Shown piece after piece: positions 59,857 to 64,000 of a stretch of DNA of 64,000 nt. Made by a program: the position numbers and the translations under genes. The DNA is taken from positions 6,881,051 to 6,945,050 of the forward strand of contig NW_003526941.1 in assembly GCF_000181795.1 (NCBI RefSeq), read 5' to 3'. The notes under the pieces are model-generated. The model made no database searches, was not told the DNA's origin, and saw only the letters and a program-made list of their open reading frames with translations. Source of the stretch: Trichinella spiralis (lineage: Eukaryota). Numbering within the stretch: the first letter of the stretch is position 1; every line of letters starts with the position of its first letter.

Positions 59857-61342
59857 TCATAGAAGAATATCATATAATCCGATCATATCTTTAATATCAA
59901 AATGCCGATTGGTGAAGTTCTCTTTCGTTACTTCGTTAATTATAGGTGTTATATTAAACGTTGCAGAAAAAAATGCGACAGGATAATGTGTATCTTGATT
60001 ATTCGAAATCTTTATCCAGTCAAAAATTCCAAATTGATAGATTAAACCATCTTTGATGCAGAGCAGAGGAGCACCTTCTAGCAGCATATCCGCAGTCTGT
60101 GAAATTAAAAAGCTTTTCGCTTTCATCATCTTCATTTGCAAATGACATTTAAATTTAATCATTGTATATGTTTCAATAAAGTTAACTGATGGTTTGATGC
60201 ATTTTAATGATTATTTGTTAAATTGTTCATATTAAATTATTTAACTACCGCATATAAATAGCTTTTTAAATTTAACTATATATTTTTATTTTATCATCAT
60301 TTCAATGTAAAAATGAAAACTTCCCCGAGCATCTTAAATTTACCAAGTCCTATTGAAATATTGAAAAATAAAAATGTATGTTGAATTATGAATTAAAAAT
60401 GAACTACTGTTATGAAGTAACTGTACAATTAATTTCAGTTTATCATTTTCAAACTGCAGTTATTTCAATTAATCAATTAATAGCTGTATATTTATATAAA
60501 TAATTTTTTAACATGCAGTTAAAAACAGGCTATTTATTTACCATATCGTTGTTGGCAGGAGCAAATGGCATGAGAAATTTTGCGCAGAAATGCCTCCCCG
60601 GAAGAATTCTTTTATTGTGTCGACGACAATATGAAAATGATTGTAAAACCATGATGTAAGCATTGCCATATGAAGTTAATATATTGTAGTGTATTCTTGG
60701 CACAAAGCAAGGTTGCGCACTGATGGAATCTGAAGGATCAGTGGGTAAGCACACGGGTTTATTGAACTGGGAAACTTTAATTGGACGATTAAGCTTCACA
60801 ATGGCAAAATTGAACGGTGTTCTTGCTAATTCAGCATTTTGGTAATCTTTTGGAGTGATAAATTTTTTAATATAACTCCCATCTCCAGCAGAAAATTGAA
60901 GCAAGGAAGGAGCCAGCATCACTTTAGTTTCTCCAACTTTCCTAAAGTATAATTTGAAATGTTGATCATATTGAAACTTGTAAAATTAATAATGTTGCCA
61001 AGTTGATATGCAGTGACGTGATGTTAGAACAATGTCAGTATGAGTGCTGTTCGTCCACTGGGGTAATATGGTGCCCATGCAGTCTTTGTAATATTTGTTT
61101 TCATGGAAGCCTGTGAAAATGGTGAGGTATGATATAAGACTTGCATATTCCCTTGCATTGCCACACTGCATTATCTGACACTAAACGCGGACGATCATAC
61201 TTTGTTTCATATTGTCTTAATTGTATACCTCTGAAAATTGGCTGCAAGTAAGAAAGTTAAACGCGAAAAGCCAGTAACTTGCTGTCCAGATTGCTTTCCT
61301 AGCGTGAATATTAATAGATTGCTTTGAGTTTGACGCAGTCAT
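59857..61342 (-). CDS. Secreted trypsin-like (S1A) serine protease homolog, catalytically inactive; paralog B, 4 exons
   Basis: Leader exon MTASNS..YWLFAFNFLTCSQFSE; QCG; CMGTIL..IVLTSRHC (His57 kept); PFNFAIVKL (Asp102 to Asn); PVCLP; FCA; LLEGAPLLC (Ser195 to Glu); IYQFGIFDW. Same intron positions as paralog A; intron 2 needs a GC donor. Confidence 0.75.
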
Positions 61343-62049
61343 TTGAAATGTTAAATTCACGAACAATTCAGATTAACGAAAGGTGAATCTATATAGTTGC
61401 CGGTATCGAATATGTAGGATAAGTAAATAGTTGAATTGAGGGTTCATTAAGTAAAGTGGTTGTTCAAAAATAGTATTCATTTAGCATCTATTCAAATTAA
61501 TACAAGAAAATTTTTATCCAAAATTGCAAATGAAACCAATTACTGTTAAAAGGATGAATATATTTTATTTGTATATAATCAATTAAAATGAAATTGATAA
61601 GTTGTGCGTGAAGTGTGTTTGCTCAAAATTGCATCTTTTGATTAAATCAATGTTTCTCTTGACTCTCAATTTAGACTCATATATTTAATATTCACATTGC
61701 AGCCAGTATTGAAAGATAAATACTGGTATTGAAAAATATAATAAAAATGAATATTGAAACAAAATATGGTGTGCTTATATTTTGGGATTTTTGTATTATC
61801 GTTCTGAAATTCCATAACGAACTCGCTATTTTCTTTCCTAGAAGAAGGTCATTTTCTGAAATTCATTCGAAAAATATAATATCAAATTTGATTATTATAA
61901 TTTGAAAAAAATGAAAGTAGATGAATTTTAAAGTTTCATTTTTAAAATTTTAAACATGAAAAGTTTTAATTTTAAACATTTTCCACTTTAAAAAGACTTT
62001 GTCGATTTGGTAAAAGATGTAAAAATACAAAATCAGCTAGCTGTATTGT

Positions 62050-63208
62050 ATGTCGTACGGTTGCTGCACTATGCCCGAGAAATTCAGTTTCATGAAAGAC
62101 TCCGGTACAAATGCATCTACAACAGATTACGTGTTTTATGGCAAAACGCCCGAAGACAATTACCCTGCACCATCAAAAAAGAATGCTGCTCTGCAAATGA
62201 AGGACTGTTTTCAAAAAATTATAAACTCAATTATGCTAATTGTGTTCACCATTTTCGTTACTGTTGTTTTCCGCGTGTTGCTGAAGCACTACGAAAATCA
62301 ATCTTTTCTACAAACTTTGGAAATATTACCCGATTTAAGTGCACTATGTGCGCAGGAAGGAAATTCAGTTTGCTATTATCATCCGTCCATATATCCTAAT
62401 ACATGTAAATTCACAGTTTGTCAAAGTTTGTATCTAATACTGGACAACGTGACAATGGACAGGTTGATTGTCAAAAGAGATAGCGCAACATTTCGCATAG
62501 CAGTACCAGATATGACACTGTGCGGCAGAGAAAAGTGGTGTATGAATGGAGAATGCGTCAAGGCTCCAAGTTCACTGCAGCACAAAATGGCGGATCGGAA
62601 AGGCAAATGGGTCCCCGATCCTCGATGCTTCATCTACAAAAATGTCGAGTTAAAAAGTAAAATATCTACAGTTATTCTTTTTTTTCAAATTTATTATTTA
62701 TCTTTTTTTCAGATGCAATTCATTATTATCGATTTCCAAAATTTACACTTACCAGTGATCGTGAAACGTGCCAGAAATCGAAAGGAATGCCTCTGTTTTA
62801 CATTGAACTGTTCAGTCCTATTGGACCGATTCCATTTGGACATGTAGAAGATAGCTGGAAAAGTTCTTTGAATCCATTTATCGCCGCATACCAGTGGTCA
62901 GTCTGTCCTTCACAACCAAAAAGGAGCGACTACATGAAAGACGTATTGAAAAAATTTTTATCATTAATTTATTTTACTTTTCATTTATTTATTTTCAAAA
63001 ATTTTAGTTTTGCAAAACAAAGTTCTCACAGTCATTCGATGCGTACGCTTTGCGCGAGGAAGTCTGCACTTTCAAATGTGCAGAAGACGGTGAAACGTAC
63101 GCACTGCCGAACGGCATGACTTGCTTTTCCAAACGACATTACCACGAAACGATGTGCTTCATGGGACTCTGCATTGAAAAATTTTCAAGATTGGACTATT
63201 TGAACTAA
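62050..63208 (+). CDS. Type II membrane protein with ADAMTS-like Cys-rich ancillary modules and no metalloprotease domain; 3 exons
   Basis: TM IINSIMLIVFTIFVTVVFRVLL; AVPDMTLCGREKWCMNGECV (DGTxCGxxxWCxxGxCV type); GKW; last exon FC..CTFKC..LPNGMTC..MCFMGLC. Introns 62657-62712 (phase 1) and about 62943-63008 (phase 0) keep the frame to the TAA at 63206-63208. Confidence 0.65.
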
Positions 63209-64000
63209 TTATTTGAATAATATTTATTATTAATTATTTTTCACAATCAGTTCTAATTTTACTTCACATATTGAATTTATTTTTCATTTTCTTTTTAATT
63301 ATTCACATGAATGAATATCTTCAAATAGAAAATTTAAGCAGTGTTCATTGGAAGAATTTTAATTTCAACGAACCAACTCACTTATTTCAGAGCTGTAATT
63401 TGCATAGTTGTTTTTTTGAAATTATAAAATCAGTTCACATTTTTCATCGATTTCAAACCATCAACTGTCGCTTTGTTCAGTGTATCGGAAGAATCGTAAT
63501 TGCAAATGCAAAACTTGCAAAGCACAGCAACACTTGCAAATTTCATCATGATAACTAACGATTATTATTAAATTATGCTATGCTATGAAATTTACAATAA
63601 TACATTTATAGAAAATTTCGACAATTAAATCAAATACTTTAAAATTCGAATAAATACTGAAAAACTAACAAAAAGCAGTTTCTATTTTCCATCAATAAGA
63701 TTCATCCATGATTTTCATTACTTTTACTGTATGTGTTTTCTACGATGACGACTTTTGTACGATACGATTTATACTTTACATAATATGAAATGGCTTCGTT
63801 CAAAATTCGTTCGACAAGTATTAATTGTACAAGCAGTTAAAGGTAAAAAATATTTTATCTATGTTTTTCTATTGTAATATGCGAAAGAAGCCATTTATAC
63901 AAATAATCGTGAATTAGTTGATTGTGAAGAGGTTTTTTCTTCTATATCATTTCTTTTCTCATGCTTTCCTCATTATATAGTTTCTTTTCTCTTTTTCATG

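Overview
AT-rich, gene-dense eukaryotic genomic DNA with many 50-80 nt introns and TTTCAG-type acceptors. It is best explained as a nematode, probably the clade I parasite Trichinella (inference from composition, intron style and gene content; no search run). I can support 17 protein-coding genes. The left and middle hold conserved genes: Sidekick-like Ig adhesion protein (partial), LSm7, KDM5/JARID1, CAML/GET2-like, CSRNP-like, ELOVL elongase, TXNDC15, SSUH2, PIG-P, TBC1D30 and ST7, plus one small orphan secreted protein. The right end (about 47.4-63.2 kb) is a cluster of secreted or surface proteins, most of them pseudo-enzymes. The highlight is a 5-exon gene whose exon phases join in frame into one 630-aa secreted protein: signal peptide, Cys-rich CC module, thyroglobulin type-1, three WAP-like modules, TIL and a Cu/Zn-SOD fold. 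The SOD domain keeps only three Cu histidines and has lost the Zn site, the bridging His and the catalytic Arg. The cluster also holds an orphan type I membrane protein, an inverted pair of catalytically dead trypsin-like paralogs and a membrane-anchored ADAMTS-ancillary-like protein without a protease domain. Three introns appear to need GC donors, and several CTCF-like motifs are present. No tRNA, rRNA, CRISPR or recognisable transposon was seen. Exon boundaries were read by hand and need RNA-seq confirmation.
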